A DNA stretch of 24,819 bases from a virus (lineage: Duplodnaviria > Caudoviricetes). Below, in pieces: positions 7,700 through 16,513 of the stretch (the stretch's first letter is position 1; each line of letters opens with the position of its first letter). The stretch spans positions 1 to 24,819 of the IMG/VR virus record IMGVR_UViG_3300016474_000121; one strand, given 5' to 3'. Made by a program: the position numbers and the translations under genes. The notes below the pieces were generated by a model. The model saw only the letters and a list, made by a program, of their open reading frames with translations, did no database searches and was not told the DNA's origin.

Positions 7700-9142
7700 A
7701 TGAGCAACCTCGCACAGATCACCATCCAAATCGCCCGCCTGCCCATCGGCATCGTGGCAGGTGCCTACAACAAACTGAACCCGAGCCCCACGGTCGGCAT
7801 CACCAAGACCGATGCGGCCAAGTGGCTGGCCGAGCAGGTCGCCAACGGCAGCGCGACCGTCGAGCAGATCATGGCATGCCCGCCCGACACACTGGGCAAA
7901 CCATCCATCGGGGCGCTCGACCCCGCCATCACTGCGAAGATCGACGCATCCGCATCCACCGCCACCAAGGCCGCAGACGATGCGCTCCTGGCCCTGCACC
8001 GGGCCAAGGTCATCGGCGACGCAGTGCTCAAGCTGGACGACAAAACCACCCTCTTCAGCAAGAAGCTCGACGCCATCGCCACCAAGGTCGACGACCTGCG
8101 TGTCGACGAGAGCGCTGTGCGCATCGCCGTTGACGCACTGATCGGCGATCACTTCAGCCGATTCACCAAGCTGATCGAAGAGCGCAACGCCGAGCAATTC
8201 ATCGCCGAGCAGACCAACGTGCATCGGGTTGGAACACAGACCTGCCTCGAAGCGTTCGGCATCGACGTGCGGGACACCAAGGGCAATCAACTGACGGTCG
8301 ACCTCTGGAACCACCCCCATGCACCGGCGGTCGATCCCGACTTCATCTGGACCGAGGGCATTCTTCGTCACCTGCTGCTGTCTGACCGCACCGGCGAGAA
8401 CCTCTGGTTCGGCGGCGAGAAAGGCACCGGCAAGTCCGAGACCGCCCGCCAGTTTGCCGCTCGCACTGGCCGTGCGTTTAAACGTATCAACTTCCACAAG
8501 CACACCACGGTGGAGGAGTACATCGGCGCGGTCGGTATCGAAGACGGCAAGACGGTGTTTCAGCCAAAGGATTTTCTGACGGCATACGCCACGCCATCGA
8601 CCGTGATCCTGCTCGACGAGATCACCAACGCCGACCCCGCAGAACTGGCAACCCTCAACGGTTTCCTGGAGCCCAACGCCTGCGTGTCGTTCGGTGGCAA
8701 GACTCATGTCCGCGCCAACGGTGTGCTGGTCTTCGTCGCAGACAACACCTTTGGTTCGGGTGATGACTCCGGCCGCTATGCTGGCACCCGCCTGCAAAAC
8801 TCAGCGCTGGTCGATCGCTTCGCCCGCGTCATCCAGTTTGATTACCTGCCTGACGAGTTTGAGATTGACGCCATCGTGCGCCGCTCAGGCTGCGACAAGA
8901 CCCTCGCCGAGGTGATCCACAGTGCCATCAAGGTGGCCCGCAACAAGGTCAAGACCGCCGACATTGTCGACGCGCCTTCGATCCGCTCAGCCATCGCCTT
9001 CGCCCGCGCCATCCAGGTCCTGCCCCTGCGTGACGCCTGGGTGTCGACGGTGGTATCGCGCCAGCCCTCCGAATCGCATGCCGTGCTCAATGGCATCTAC
9101 GAGGCCTGCATCGATGAAAACCTGTTCAACCAACTGCTGTGA
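7700..9142 (+). CDS. CobS/CbbQ/MoxR-type AAA+ ATPase
   Basis: Walker A GEKGTGKS, Walker B ILLDE, ADNTFG sensor I, NSALVDRF arginine finger, SIRSAI sensor II. Confidence 0.92.
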   Translation: MSNLAQITIQIARLPIGIVAGAYNKLNPSPTVGITKTDAAKWLAEQVANGSATVEQIMACPPDTLGKPSIGALDPAITAKIDASASTATKAADDALLALHRAKVIGDAVLKLDDKTTLFSKKLDAIATKVDDLRVDESAVRIAVDALIGDHFSRFTKLIEERNAEQFIAEQTNVHRVGTQTCLEAFGIDVRDTKGNQLTVDLWNHPHAPAVDPDFIWTEGILRHLLLSDRTGENLWFGGEKGTGKSETARQFAARTGRAFKRINFHKHTTVEEYIGAVGIEDGKTVFQPKDFLTAYATPSTVILLDEITNADPAELATLNGFLEPNACVSFGGKTHVRANGVLVFVADNTFGSGDDSGRYAGTRLQNSALVDRFARVIQFDYLPDEFEIDAIVRRSGCDKTLAEVIHSAIKVARNKVKTADIVDAPSIRSAIAFARAIQVLPLRDAWVSTVVSRQPSESHAVLNGIYEACIDENLFNQLL

Positions 9143-9150
9143 GGTGAACC

Positions 9151-10722
9151 ATGAAGCGCTACTACGGATACCAGTTTAAACAGGCGGTCGAGGAACTCAC
9201 CTACAAGATCGCCAAAGAGTTTCTCGTTCAGATCGAGAGAATCGTCTGGACCGATGACATATCCACCGCCGGCACCAACCAGTACGGCGACATTTACTTC
9301 GCGGATGTTGATGATGACGCGGTGCTGTACGACATTGACGTGCAGCGCTACGCCGGATTTGCTGTGCATGAACTGCTGCACCGCAAGTACACCGACTTCA
9401 ATGTTCAAGAGGGTGATCAGTACCTGCGGCAACTGCACAATGCCTGCGAGGATGCATGGATCGAGCACACCGGAATCGATGAAAAGCTGACCGGCAACAT
9501 CGGCGGCCTTCTGACCTGCCTGCTGGATCAGATCGTGAGCGAAGCAAACGCCACCGTGGATGACTGGACCGACCCCCGTCAGTACCCGTTCATCTTCGCT
9601 GTGTACCTGCGCCGTCACCTGAACAGCCACGTGCCCGTGCCCGAGGGCATCGAGTGGATCATCCACAAGGCATCCGAGGACATTGCGACCTGCAAGTCGA
9701 GCCAGGACACCCTGCGTCTGGCGCAGTGGATCATGGCCCAACTCAAGGGCCTGCCACAGAACCCCGCAAACAGCCCCGGCAAGCCCTCTAAAAAGGCCCA
9801 GGACGCGCAATCAAAGAGCGGTCAAGGGGAGGGTAGCCGCCTTGAAAATAATCCGTTTGAGAACGTTGGCAAGGCGCGCGCACCATCGCAGTCTGACCTG
9901 GACGATGCGACCGATGTTGAGCCCACCAACATCGCACCCAAGGGCAAGGGCGGGATAGGTCACTGGGATGAGAATGCCAGCGTTGCCAACCTCAAGCGCC
10001 ACATCGGCGCAGATGCTTGGCTCAAGCTGACAAACCGTGTGCCGGCTCGCCTGCGGTACGAGGTCAAGCGCCTGTTCGACAACTCAGGCATGGAGGAATT
10101 CCAGCGCAACCGCCGTGCGGGCTCTCTCAACGTGAGCGCCCTGCACAACTACGGCATCAGCGACAAACTGTTTCAGCGCCGCCACGAGACCGCCGGCATT
10201 GACTCAGCGGTTGCCATCGTGCTGGACATTTCTGGTTCGATGTTCGATGACGGCAATCGCAACGAGGAATATCACTGCTCTGACCGCATCGTCCAGGCGA
10301 TTCAGACCGCCCATGCAATGATCGAGACCTTGCAGAAGTCGCAGGTGGCAACCTGTGTGCTGACGTTCGGCTCTAGCGTTGCCGTGCTCAAGCCATTCTC
10401 TGAGCACCACAAGAAGTCGGAAATCAAAATGACTTCAGTGCGTGACGGTGGCGGCACCAACGACTACTTCGCCGTGCGGTACGCTCACAAGTTGCTGCTG
10501 TCCCGGCCGGAGCAACGCAAGATCGCCTTCGTGATCACTGACGGCCAGGGTCGACCAGACTACGTGCGCCGCCAGTGCAAGTCGGGCGAGAAGCTGGGCA
10601 TCACCACCATCGGCATCGGCATCCAGAACAACGTCAAGAGCGTGTACCCCAACGCGATCAACGTCGACTCCGCCGATGATCTGGGTGTCGTGTCGTTTAA
10701 ACAAATCAAGCTGGCTGTGTGA
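9151..10722 (+). CDS. CobT-like VWA-domain protein, partner of the AAA+ ATPase
   Basis: N-terminal HELLH...NACEDAWIE, low-complexity linker, MIDAS DISGSM, GGTND, VITDG, TIGIGI. Confidence 0.9.
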   Translation: MKRYYGYQFKQAVEELTYKIAKEFLVQIERIVWTDDISTAGTNQYGDIYFADVDDDAVLYDIDVQRYAGFAVHELLHRKYTDFNVQEGDQYLRQLHNACEDAWIEHTGIDEKLTGNIGGLLTCLLDQIVSEANATVDDWTDPRQYPFIFAVYLRRHLNSHVPVPEGIEWIIHKASEDIATCKSSQDTLRLAQWIMAQLKGLPQNPANSPGKPSKKAQDAQSKSGQGEGSRLENNPFENVGKARAPSQSDLDDATDVEPTNIAPKGKGGIGHWDENASVANLKRHIGADAWLKLTNRVPARLRYEVKRLFDNSGMEEFQRNRRAGSLNVSALHNYGISDKLFQRRHETAGIDSAVAIVLDISGSMFDDGNRNEEYHCSDRIVQAIQTAHAMIETLQKSQVATCVLTFGSSVAVLKPFSEHHKKSEIKMTSVRDGGGTNDYFAVRYAHKLLLSRPEQRKIAFVITDGQGRPDYVRRQCKSGEKLGITTIGIGIQNNVKSVYPNAINVDSADDLGVVSFKQIKLAV

Positions 10723-10727
10723 GGTTT

Positions 10728-10754
10728 GGGGGACTAGCCATCCCCCGTCTTTTT
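10728..10754 (+). terminator. Probable intrinsic terminator
   Basis: GGGGGA-CTAGCCA-TCCCCC followed by GTCTTTTT, right after the VWA gene stop. Confidence 0.55.
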
Positions 10755-10765
10755 AGGAGAGAGCA

Positions 10766-10996
10766 ATGCACTGGAACTACCGTTTGATAGACCTCTCACA
10801 CGAGAACGCAGGCGACCCCTGGGTTCAGGTGCAGGAGGTGTACTACGACGACGACGAATCACTTCTGGGTTACACCGATGTGTCGGTCGGCAGTGAGGAT
10901 AGCGAAGGCCTGCGCGTGACGCTGAACCGCATGTTGCAGGCGTTGGATAAACCCGTGCTGAAGATCAGCGACTTCAAAGGAGAGAGCAATGAGTGA
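10766..10996 (+). CDS. Conserved phage hypothetical protein (WNYR...EVYY...KPVL)
   Basis: GGAGAGAG RBS; familiar phage motif pattern. Confidence 0.8.
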   Translation: MHWNYRLIDLSHENAGDPWVQVQEVYYDDDESLLGYTDVSVGSEDSEGLRVTLNRMLQALDKPVLKISDFKGESNE

Positions 10997-11057
10997 AGAA
11001 GAGTTTGTGTATGCGTGGCGTTACGCCAACGAGTACCTGATCGCACAAGGGGAATGA
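10989..11057 (+). CDS. Possible 22-aa micro-ORF
   Basis: GGAGAGAGCA-ATG; MSEEEFVYAWRYANEYLIAQGE fills the gap between neighbours. Confidence 0.4.
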   Translation: MSEEEFVYAWRYANEYLIAQGE

Positions 11058-11058
11058 A

Positions 11059-11430
11059 ATGAAGAATAGCACGGCACTGAGAAAAGCAAAGAAATACCTG
11101 TCTTCGAGCAAACGAATGGGAATCTGCGAAGCCTTGAGTGACGCCTACGCGGACGGCTGCATTAGCGAGTTGGCCTTAGACCTTACCTGCGACATGATCC
11201 AAGAGCGCATCGAGCCGTTCAGGTTTGCCGACGAGTGGCTTGCATGGCGTCTGACTTATGGGGACAGAGTAGCCCCGCGCATGAGTATGTATCAGTTAGA
11301 AGACGGAGACCGGCTCCAGTATGAGATAACGCTGTTGAGCATTCGAAGGCTAGGTGACGCAGCCATTCAGGAATGGCGTAGGCGATGGATGGACAAGATG
11401 ATCGCCGAACTGGAAGGGAAGGGAGAGTAA
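11059..11430 (+). CDS. Hypothetical protein (123 aa)
   Basis: In operon, GGGGA RBS. Confidence 0.7.
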   Translation: MKNSTALRKAKKYLSSSKRMGICEALSDAYADGCISELALDLTCDMIQERIEPFRFADEWLAWRLTYGDRVAPRMSMYQLEDGDRLQYEITLLSIRRLGDAAIQEWRRRWMDKMIAELEGKGE

Positions 11431-11532
11431 ATGAAGCACATTGAAGTGAGCGACGAGGGACTGCTGTTCTACGTCATCGCGGCTGTGGCCGCTGTGGTTT
11501 TGTTGCTGGACCTGTTTGTCTGGCGTCCATGA
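11431..11532 (+). CDS. Small single-pass membrane protein (33 aa)
   Basis: Hand translation MKHIEVSDEGLLFYVIAAVAAVVLLLDLFVWRP; GGAG RBS. Confidence 0.7.
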   Translation: MKHIEVSDEGLLFYVIAAVAAVVLLLDLFVWRP

Positions 11533-11543
11533 GGAGAAATGAA

Positions 11544-11732
11544 ATGAAGAGATACAAGGCAACCGTGATGATCCCCTACTACGTCACCGTGGAGGTGGAT
11601 GCAGACAATGAAGCGCTCGCAGTCGATGAAGCGCTGGCCGAGGCCAACTCACAGTGGAAGAGAGCGCTTGGCTCGTGGGGTGACGAGCCCCTTGTCACAG
11701 AACTGATGACCGTAGTAGAGGAAGAAGCATGA
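11544..11732 (+). CDS. Small acidic protein, DpnD/PcfM-like pattern
   Basis: MKRYKATV...VTVEVDADNEALAVDEA; GAGGAG RBS. Confidence 0.65.
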   Translation: MKRYKATVMIPYYVTVEVDADNEALAVDEALAEANSQWKRALGSWGDEPLVTELMTVVEEEA

Positions 11733-11989
11733 CACCCGCAATCGAAGCAATCCGTTTGTTCAGCAGCCAAGGCCCCAACAAGCCAACCATGCATGACGTG
11801 GGAGGTGACGGGCGCGCAGAGTTTGTCTTCGCACTGAAGATCAGCGACTGCATCGACATTTGGTACGCCGCCTGTATGGCCGCGCGCAACAACCTCGCCC
11901 TGGGCCCCGTGTACGAGCACGCAGGCATCATCTACTTCCCAGACGTTCCCATCGACGAAGAGGCATACAAGGAGCTTTGCCGTGCGTAA
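11729..11989 (+). CDS. Hypothetical protein (86 aa)
   Basis: ATGA overlap with the previous gene. Confidence 0.65.
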   Translation: MTPAIEAIRLFSSQGPNKPTMHDVGGDGRAEFVFALKISDCIDIWYAACMAARNNLALGPVYEHAGIIYFPDVPIDEEAYKELCRA

Positions 11990-12221
11990 GATCAAGGCTG
12001 TTACCCATCACCACCCAGTTTTCCTGAAGGCCGCCTACAAGGCTGACGCATCAGTTGACCTGATCAATGACGAGCGACACCTTGCACTTGGAGACAGATT
12101 CATTGGGTTTGATTCTGCGCGGGAGAACTTCGCGGTCTTCATCAAGACAACCGGCGGGTCCGTCAAGGTCCGCGTGTTCGATAACCTTATGAGCGCAGTC
12201 AACTGCGCCAGGAGAAAGTAA
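11982..12221 (+). CDS. Hypothetical protein (79 aa)
   Basis: AAGGAG RBS, GTG start overlapping the previous stop. Confidence 0.65.
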   Translation: MRKIKAVTHHHPVFLKAAYKADASVDLINDERHLALGDRFIGFDSARENFAVFIKTTGGSVKVRVFDNLMSAVNCARRK

Positions 12222-12400
12222 TGATCACCTACACCGAACTGTTTTTATTCATGGGGCTCGCCCTGGCCGGATGCTATGGCTTTTACTGGAGAAGCGAAGC
12301 ACAGAAGTGGCATCACATGTTTAAACTGATGCTTGTCGATGATCAAGCCCGCACGGAAATCATCAAGAGCTACAAAGAATTCAAGGAACGAGTAGGATGA
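12221..12400 (+). CDS. Small protein with N-terminal transmembrane helix (59 aa)
   Basis: Hand translation MITYTELFLFMGLALAGCYGFYWRSEAQKWHHMFKLML...KERVG; TAATG overlap, AGGAG RBS. Confidence 0.7.
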   Translation: MITYTELFLFMGLALAGCYGFYWRSEAQKWHHMFKLMLVDDQARTEIIKSYKEFKERVG

Positions 12401-12431
12401 AAAAGGGGGCTCAAGGCCCCCTGTTTTTTTT
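12400..12431. terminator. Bidirectional intrinsic terminator between convergent operons
   Basis: AAAAA-GGGGGC-TCAAG-GCCCCC-TGTTTTTTTT. Confidence 0.85.
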
Positions 12432-12445
12432 GGATGCAAACCCGC

Positions 12446-14125
12446 TCAGAATGCATCCAGGTTTTCCGTGTACACCCCAGCCGTCTTGTTGTAGAGCAAA
12501 CTGGTCTCGCCCTGAGTACCTATCCACCTGTAACGGCACTTCCAAACCGCTATCTCCACGACCGCGCCCTGTCCTCGATGCACAGTGATGCCGCAGTCCG
12601 TCTTTGCCCACCACGCCATTGATCCGCTGATCGACATTCCATCGGGCCTGGGTTGATCGTTTCCACTGCGTGTCATCTTGGCTGGATGCGCCACGAACCA
12701 GCAATGTACGTCGTGCGCCATGCAAAACTTCCGCACCTTCGTCAGCATGTTGCTGATCGCTTCCGTCTCCGCTGTGTCCTTGCGGCTCATGTCAATGTAG
12801 TTGTACGGGTCAATCACCATCCCGCGAACACCCATCCTCTTCACCGATGCGCGCGCCCGGTCAAGGATCGAGTCCAACGTGCTGGGCTCTTCTCCGTTTG
12901 TGTCCATGAAGATGAAGTGATCATTGACCCATTTAAACGCCTTCTCCCGTGTCTCTGGGTCCATGCGATCTCGGCCATCGTGAAAGCGCATCTGTGTATA
13001 GATTTCCATCAGGCGCACGATGTGGGTCTCTGGCTGGTTCTCAAAGGAGCAGATCACAAACTTCCAGTCGTTCTTGCGGGCCAGGTTCACCATGATCTGA
13101 TCCACGAAATTTGACTTGCCCGATGAGGGGTAGCCTGTGACAACAGTCAACTGACCTGTGCCCACCGTGTAGATTTCATCCAGCGATGCGTACCCTGTGC
13201 TTGTCCCTCGCCCGTTGCCCTTCGTGTAAAGGTCATCGATTGATTGACGGTACTTGTCTGCCTCACTGATCCCGCTGATTGGGTATGGCTCTGCGCCGTC
13301 GATGATCGCCTGAATCTGCGCGGGATCATCCAGCAGGACTTCGTTCAGGTCCTTCTTGTCGAACTTGGCGATGCGGCATTTCTCTTTGCCGATTCGGCGT
13401 GAAAGCTCTTCAGCCAATGCCTGACCAGGGGTGTCCTGATCAGTCGCCAGCACCACGTAGGGCGCAGCATCGATGATTTCCCTGGCGTTCCAGACGTAGG
13501 CAAAGCGCTTGTCTTCAGAGGGGAGAACCTTGCCATCGGCAACCTTCACCGGAGCACCTGAAGGAACTGACACTACGTTGTTTAAACCTGCCTGCATGGC
13601 GGAAAGGCAATCCATTTCCCCTTCGACGATGACCAGTGGCTCACCCTTCGTCACCCTATCGATGCCAAAGAAGTCGTGGGCACCGCCACCCTCTTGGGTG
13701 AAGTCCTTTTCCTCGATAGACCTGTACTTGGCAGCGACCAGTGCGCCGTTGCGGTAGTAGGGGAAACCGATGGCGTCAGTGGTCCGGCTCAGCTTGGCGA
13801 ACCATTTGTTCGCAGAGAACAGCTTTGCTGTGTCTGCGGTCTCACGAGAGATGCCACGTGTCGCTAGATATGCGTAGTGCTTTTCCTCAAGTCTCTCGCT
13901 TGTGATGACGGGGTTTGGTACGGCAGACAATTTTCTCTCCTGTTTCTGCGGTTGGACCGACCCCTCCACAAAGCAGTGGTGGCAGTAGTAGAGCACTGCC
14001 CCGTCTGGCTTACGGGTCAGGGTCATGTCCTTGATGTTTTTCTTTTTGCGCTCCGGGGCGCAGAACGGGCATACAACCCGTGTCGTTTGGTTGAAGTCTT
14101 GCTGGGCGACTAGCTCTTCAATCAT
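12446..14125 (-). CDS. Primase-helicase (T7 gp4/Twinkle-like: Zn finger, TOPRIM, SF4 helicase)
   Basis: CPFC...CHHC zinc finger, VIVEGEMD and ATDQD TOPRIM motifs, GYPSSGKS Walker A, VIDPYN, VAHP, ISGS. Confidence 0.95.
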   Translation of the reverse strand: MIEELVAQQDFNQTTRVVCPFCAPERKKKNIKDMTLTRKPDGAVLYYCHHCFVEGSVQPQKQERKLSAVPNPVITSERLEEKHYAYLATRGISRETADTAKLFSANKWFAKLSRTTDAIGFPYYRNGALVAAKYRSIEEKDFTQEGGGAHDFFGIDRVTKGEPLVIVEGEMDCLSAMQAGLNNVVSVPSGAPVKVADGKVLPSEDKRFAYVWNAREIIDAAPYVVLATDQDTPGQALAEELSRRIGKEKCRIAKFDKKDLNEVLLDDPAQIQAIIDGAEPYPISGISEADKYRQSIDDLYTKGNGRGTSTGYASLDEIYTVGTGQLTVVTGYPSSGKSNFVDQIMVNLARKNDWKFVICSFENQPETHIVRLMEIYTQMRFHDGRDRMDPETREKAFKWVNDHFIFMDTNGEEPSTLDSILDRARASVKRMGVRGMVIDPYNYIDMSRKDTAETEAISNMLTKVRKFCMAHDVHCWFVAHPAKMTRSGNDQPRPDGMSISGSMAWWAKTDCGITVHRGQGAVVEIAVWKCRYRWIGTQGETSLLYNKTAGVYTENLDAF

Positions 14126-14370
14126 TTCATGCTGCCATCAGATTTACGTTTGTACGATCTGTTGGCAGAGGCCGGCTTGGCCCTGAGGTTGCTACGAGTG
14201 CTTGTGCCGCCTTTGCTCAGCGGCTTGATGTGATCTATGTCAAGACCGTCACCCTTATGCACAATGCCTTCTCTCTCCAACATCCTTCGGGCTTTGTTTC
14301 TCTGTGCCCGTTTTTTCTTTACTTCGGGAGTCCCGTCGTAGTTCTTGTACTCAGCCTTGTAGTCACGCAT
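14122..14370 (-). CDS. HNH endonuclease
   Basis: DIDHIKPLSKGGTSTRSNLR...ANRS; GAGGA RBS before MRDYK. Confidence 0.85.
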   Translation of the reverse strand: MRDYKAEYKNYDGTPEVKKKRAQRNKARRMLEREGIVHKGDGLDIDHIKPLSKGGTSTRSNLRAKPASANRSYKRKSDGSMK

Positions 14371-14890
14371 TTTGGTCCTCGTATTCAAGGTAAAAAGCCA
14401 GCGAGTTCGACGTCAGCGCCGGCCTGATCAGGTATTCGAGGTTCTGATTTTCCCCTTTGATCACCAAAACGCAAGAGTTCCTACCATCACCGCTGTTGGG
14501 CACGAACGCATAGGTGTCAACCAGCATCGTCGGATTGACGATGTGGTAGTCAATGATCCCTCCGTTCGCATGCGGATCAATCATCAAAGTCTTGTCAACG
14601 AAATCAAAAGTAAGCTCTCCGCTGTCCAAGGTGAGAACTATGCAGTTGTCGTTTAAACCTACATCCAGCATGATCTTCCCCTTGGCCCTGTGGAAGTGGC
14701 TCAGGTGGTCATCATTCATTGGCTTGAAGGTGTTTGTTTTGACCGTGTGGATAGCCTGCTTTGCCAGCGGCTTTTGTTCCTGCGCGGCAGCCTCTTTGCG
14801 CGCAGTCTTTGCTCCATCTATCCAGCCGCCCAGGTTGGGAACCCCGCCCCAGTGCTCTTCTGGTATCTCATGTGATTTTTTTGTTTGCAT
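14363..14890 (-). CDS. Hypothetical protein (175 aa)
   Basis: GGAGAGAGAG RBS; overlaps the HNH start. Confidence 0.75.
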   Translation of the reverse strand: MQTKKSHEIPEEHWGGVPNLGGWIDGAKTARKEAAAQEQKPLAKQAIHTVKTNTFKPMNDDHLSHFHRAKGKIMLDVGLNDNCIVLTLDSGELTFDFVDKTLMIDPHANGGIIDYHIVNPTMLVDTYAFVPNSGDGRNSCVLVIKGENQNLEYLIRPALTSNSLAFYLEYEDQNA

Positions 14891-15024
14891 CTCTCTCTCC
14901 TCGAAGGGTGGGGTACTCCAGACAAATCCCTTGCTTACCTAACAGAACCCGGGATGTATGGCTTGTCTTGGGAGTGTGAAGCCTTGATCATGGCGTGACG
15001 ATGTCTGTTTCCCCCGTTTAAACT

Positions 15025-15243
15025 TTATTCTTGTCCTCCAGTCAGGTCAAGCTCTTCCTGGTCAGGATCGCGAACTGACTCAACCTTGGCCCCGTTACCG
15101 AGAAGGGCGAGCAAATCATTTTGTGAGGCCACCCGGATGTTGAATGTTGACTGAGCAACATGACTCAGAGCTTGCGCCCGCGTCTTTGCTTTAACCAGTC
15201 GACCTTGGTTGCCGTGATAAACGGCATAGATTCTTTCGCTCAT
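15025..15243 (-). CDS. Hypothetical protein (72 aa)
   Basis: RIYAV...RLVKAKTRAQALSHVA...VASQNDL; AAGGAG RBS. Confidence 0.75.
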   Translation of the reverse strand: MSERIYAVYHGNQGRLVKAKTRAQALSHVAQSTFNIRVASQNDLLALLGNGAKVESVRDPDQEELDLTGGQE

Positions 15244-15246
15244 GTG

Positions 15247-15483
15247 TTACTCCTTAATGCCGTGTGCGGCTTCGATGGCTCGGGCAAAGTAAATATCACT
15301 CGGCGTTCTGAGTGAACATTCGGCAGAAATTAAAGCGATTTCAGCATCGGTTAATGGTTTGCGTTTAGGGTGTTTATAAAGTGGAATGCTATTTTTATTG
15401 CTTTCATCGTCTTTGTCGTTATGCCAACGCAACCAACCTTTTCCATTTTCTGTTATCCATGCAACAGGTTTTCTTTTGCTCAT
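15247..15483 (-). CDS. Mosaic-family small protein (PVAW...PLY...KPLTD...FARAIEAAHGIKE)
   Basis: Shares its C-terminal module with 15798-16250; AT-richer DNA. Confidence 0.8.
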   Translation of the reverse strand: MSKRKPVAWITENGKGWLRWHNDKDDESNKNSIPLYKHPKRKPLTDAEIALISAECSLRTPSDIYFARAIEAAHGIKE

Positions 15484-15791
15484 TTTTGCTCCTTTACGTT
15501 TCGCAATATGGCCTCAGCATTTCTTTTTGCCTCACCACCGACACCATATCCATAGTCACTAGCAAATTCATCTTGAATCACATATAACTCCAGCGCAGTC
15601 AATAGCATCTGATTGACTTCATACAATCGACGTAATTCGTTGGCTGTGCTCCGCTGATCTTCTTGCTCTCGCTTCAGCGCATCGGGTCGATAACCAAACT
15701 CCACATAATCGTTTTCATCAACCCATGTCTGCAAATCTTTAGCGCGATTTTCCCAGTATTCAGCCAGTAGAAGTGTTTTCGGTTTCTGCAT
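15480..15791 (-). CDS. Hypothetical protein (103 aa)
   Basis: AAGGAG RBS; ATGA overlap with the next gene. Confidence 0.75.
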   Translation of the reverse strand: MQKPKTLLLAEYWENRAKDLQTWVDENDYVEFGYRPDALKREQEDQRSTANELRRLYEVNQMLLTALELYVIQDEFASDYGYGVGGEAKRNAEAILRNVKEQK

Positions 15792-15797
15792 AATTTC

Positions 15798-16250
15798 TCA
15801 CTCCTTAATGCCGTGGGCGGCTTCAATGGCTCGGGCGAACGCAATCATTTCACTGTCACTTCGTGGGTTCTCGTCGTACATAGTCACAATGTCCGATGCC
15901 AATAGCGGCTTGCGCTGTGGTGGGGTGGGGTAGAGGGCAATTAGAGCGCGACCTGTGCGGGCCTCGTAATCACCTTTGACCGGCCACACATCGCAACCTT
16001 TGCCCGCCTTCATCGCGCTTTCAAAACCAATCTTGTCGGCGTAGCCTGCTGGCTCCTGCTCTGGCTGTGCCAAGGCTTCTCGGATGGCGGTGATGGTTGC
16101 TCTAGTTTTTGGAAGTGCTTGTGCGGCCCGCCTCTCGCACCACGCAAGGTCATCTCCCGGTTCTCGATCAGCGTCACCAATGTCGGCTAATCCAGCCTCT
16201 GCGTACTCCAACGCCTCCAGCGCCAGCTTCAATGCTTCATCTTTGGTCAT
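15798..16250 (-). CDS. Mosaic-family protein (MTKDEALKLALEALE...FARAIEAAHGIKE)
   Basis: Paralogous linkers shared with 24373-24798 and 15247-15483. Confidence 0.85.
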   Translation of the reverse strand: MTKDEALKLALEALEYAEAGLADIGDADREPGDDLAWCERRAAQALPKTRATITAIREALAQPEQEPAGYADKIGFESAMKAGKGCDVWPVKGDYEARTGRALIALYPTPPQRKPLLASDIVTMYDENPRSDSEMIAFARAIEAAHGIKE

Positions 16251-16276
16251 GCTTGTCCCCTTGCTCGGATGGCGGC
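16207..16276 (-). repeat. 70-bp dispersed inverted repeat (partner at 24347-24416)
   Basis: gccgccatccgagcaaggggacaagcatgacYaaagaYgaagcaYtgaagctggcgctggaggcgttgga; 3 mismatches. Confidence 0.92.
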
Positions 16277-16513
16277 GTCATACAAGCGCAATTCGGCTGC
16301 GGCGTCTTTATGATTACAGCCGTTCTCCAGCCAGTTGATGACGGGCTCCAAATTGGGCCAAGCCTCACGCTCGGCAGCAACTACAAGGGCGGCAAAGCGT
16401 TCAAGCTGAGGAATGTACAAAGGAAGTCCGGTCTCATAGTCATATGGAAGAAATGCCTCCCGCGCCATGCGGATGATGTCATCTCTTTCAATCTTCTTTG
16501 CTTCCGTCTTCAT
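16247..16513 (-). CDS. Mosaic-family protein (RDDIIRMAREA...FAALV.AAEREA...AIRARGQA)
   Basis: Start at MKTEAK overlapping the upstream stop; C-terminus shared with 24116-24376. Confidence 0.8.
   Translation of the reverse strand: MKTEAKKIERDDIIRMAREAFLPYDYETGLPLYIPQLERFAALVVAAEREAWPNLEPVINWLENGCNHKDAAAELRLYDAAIRARGQA

Noticed and set aside
7592-8797. 401-aa minus-strand ORF and similar long antisense ORFs (705-1199, 9097-9810, 19531-20046, 24166-24792)
   Set aside because: Shadow ORFs opposite well-supported genes in GC3-rich DNA; no motifs or RBS.
7700-10722. Cobalamin biosynthesis (cobS/cobT) as auxiliary metabolic genes
   Set aside because: Only generic MoxR AAA+ and VWA motifs are visible and there is no cobN or other cob gene, so gene symbols were withheld.
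3756-11725. CTGATGA in the polar motif resembles the hammerhead ribozyme core
   Set aside because: No GAAA after a stem II and no stem I/III partners at any copy; one copy is antisense to terS.
3023-14263. Isolated TTATGCACA DnaA-box matches at 3023 and 14255
   Set aside because: Single copies within coding sequence, compatible with chance.
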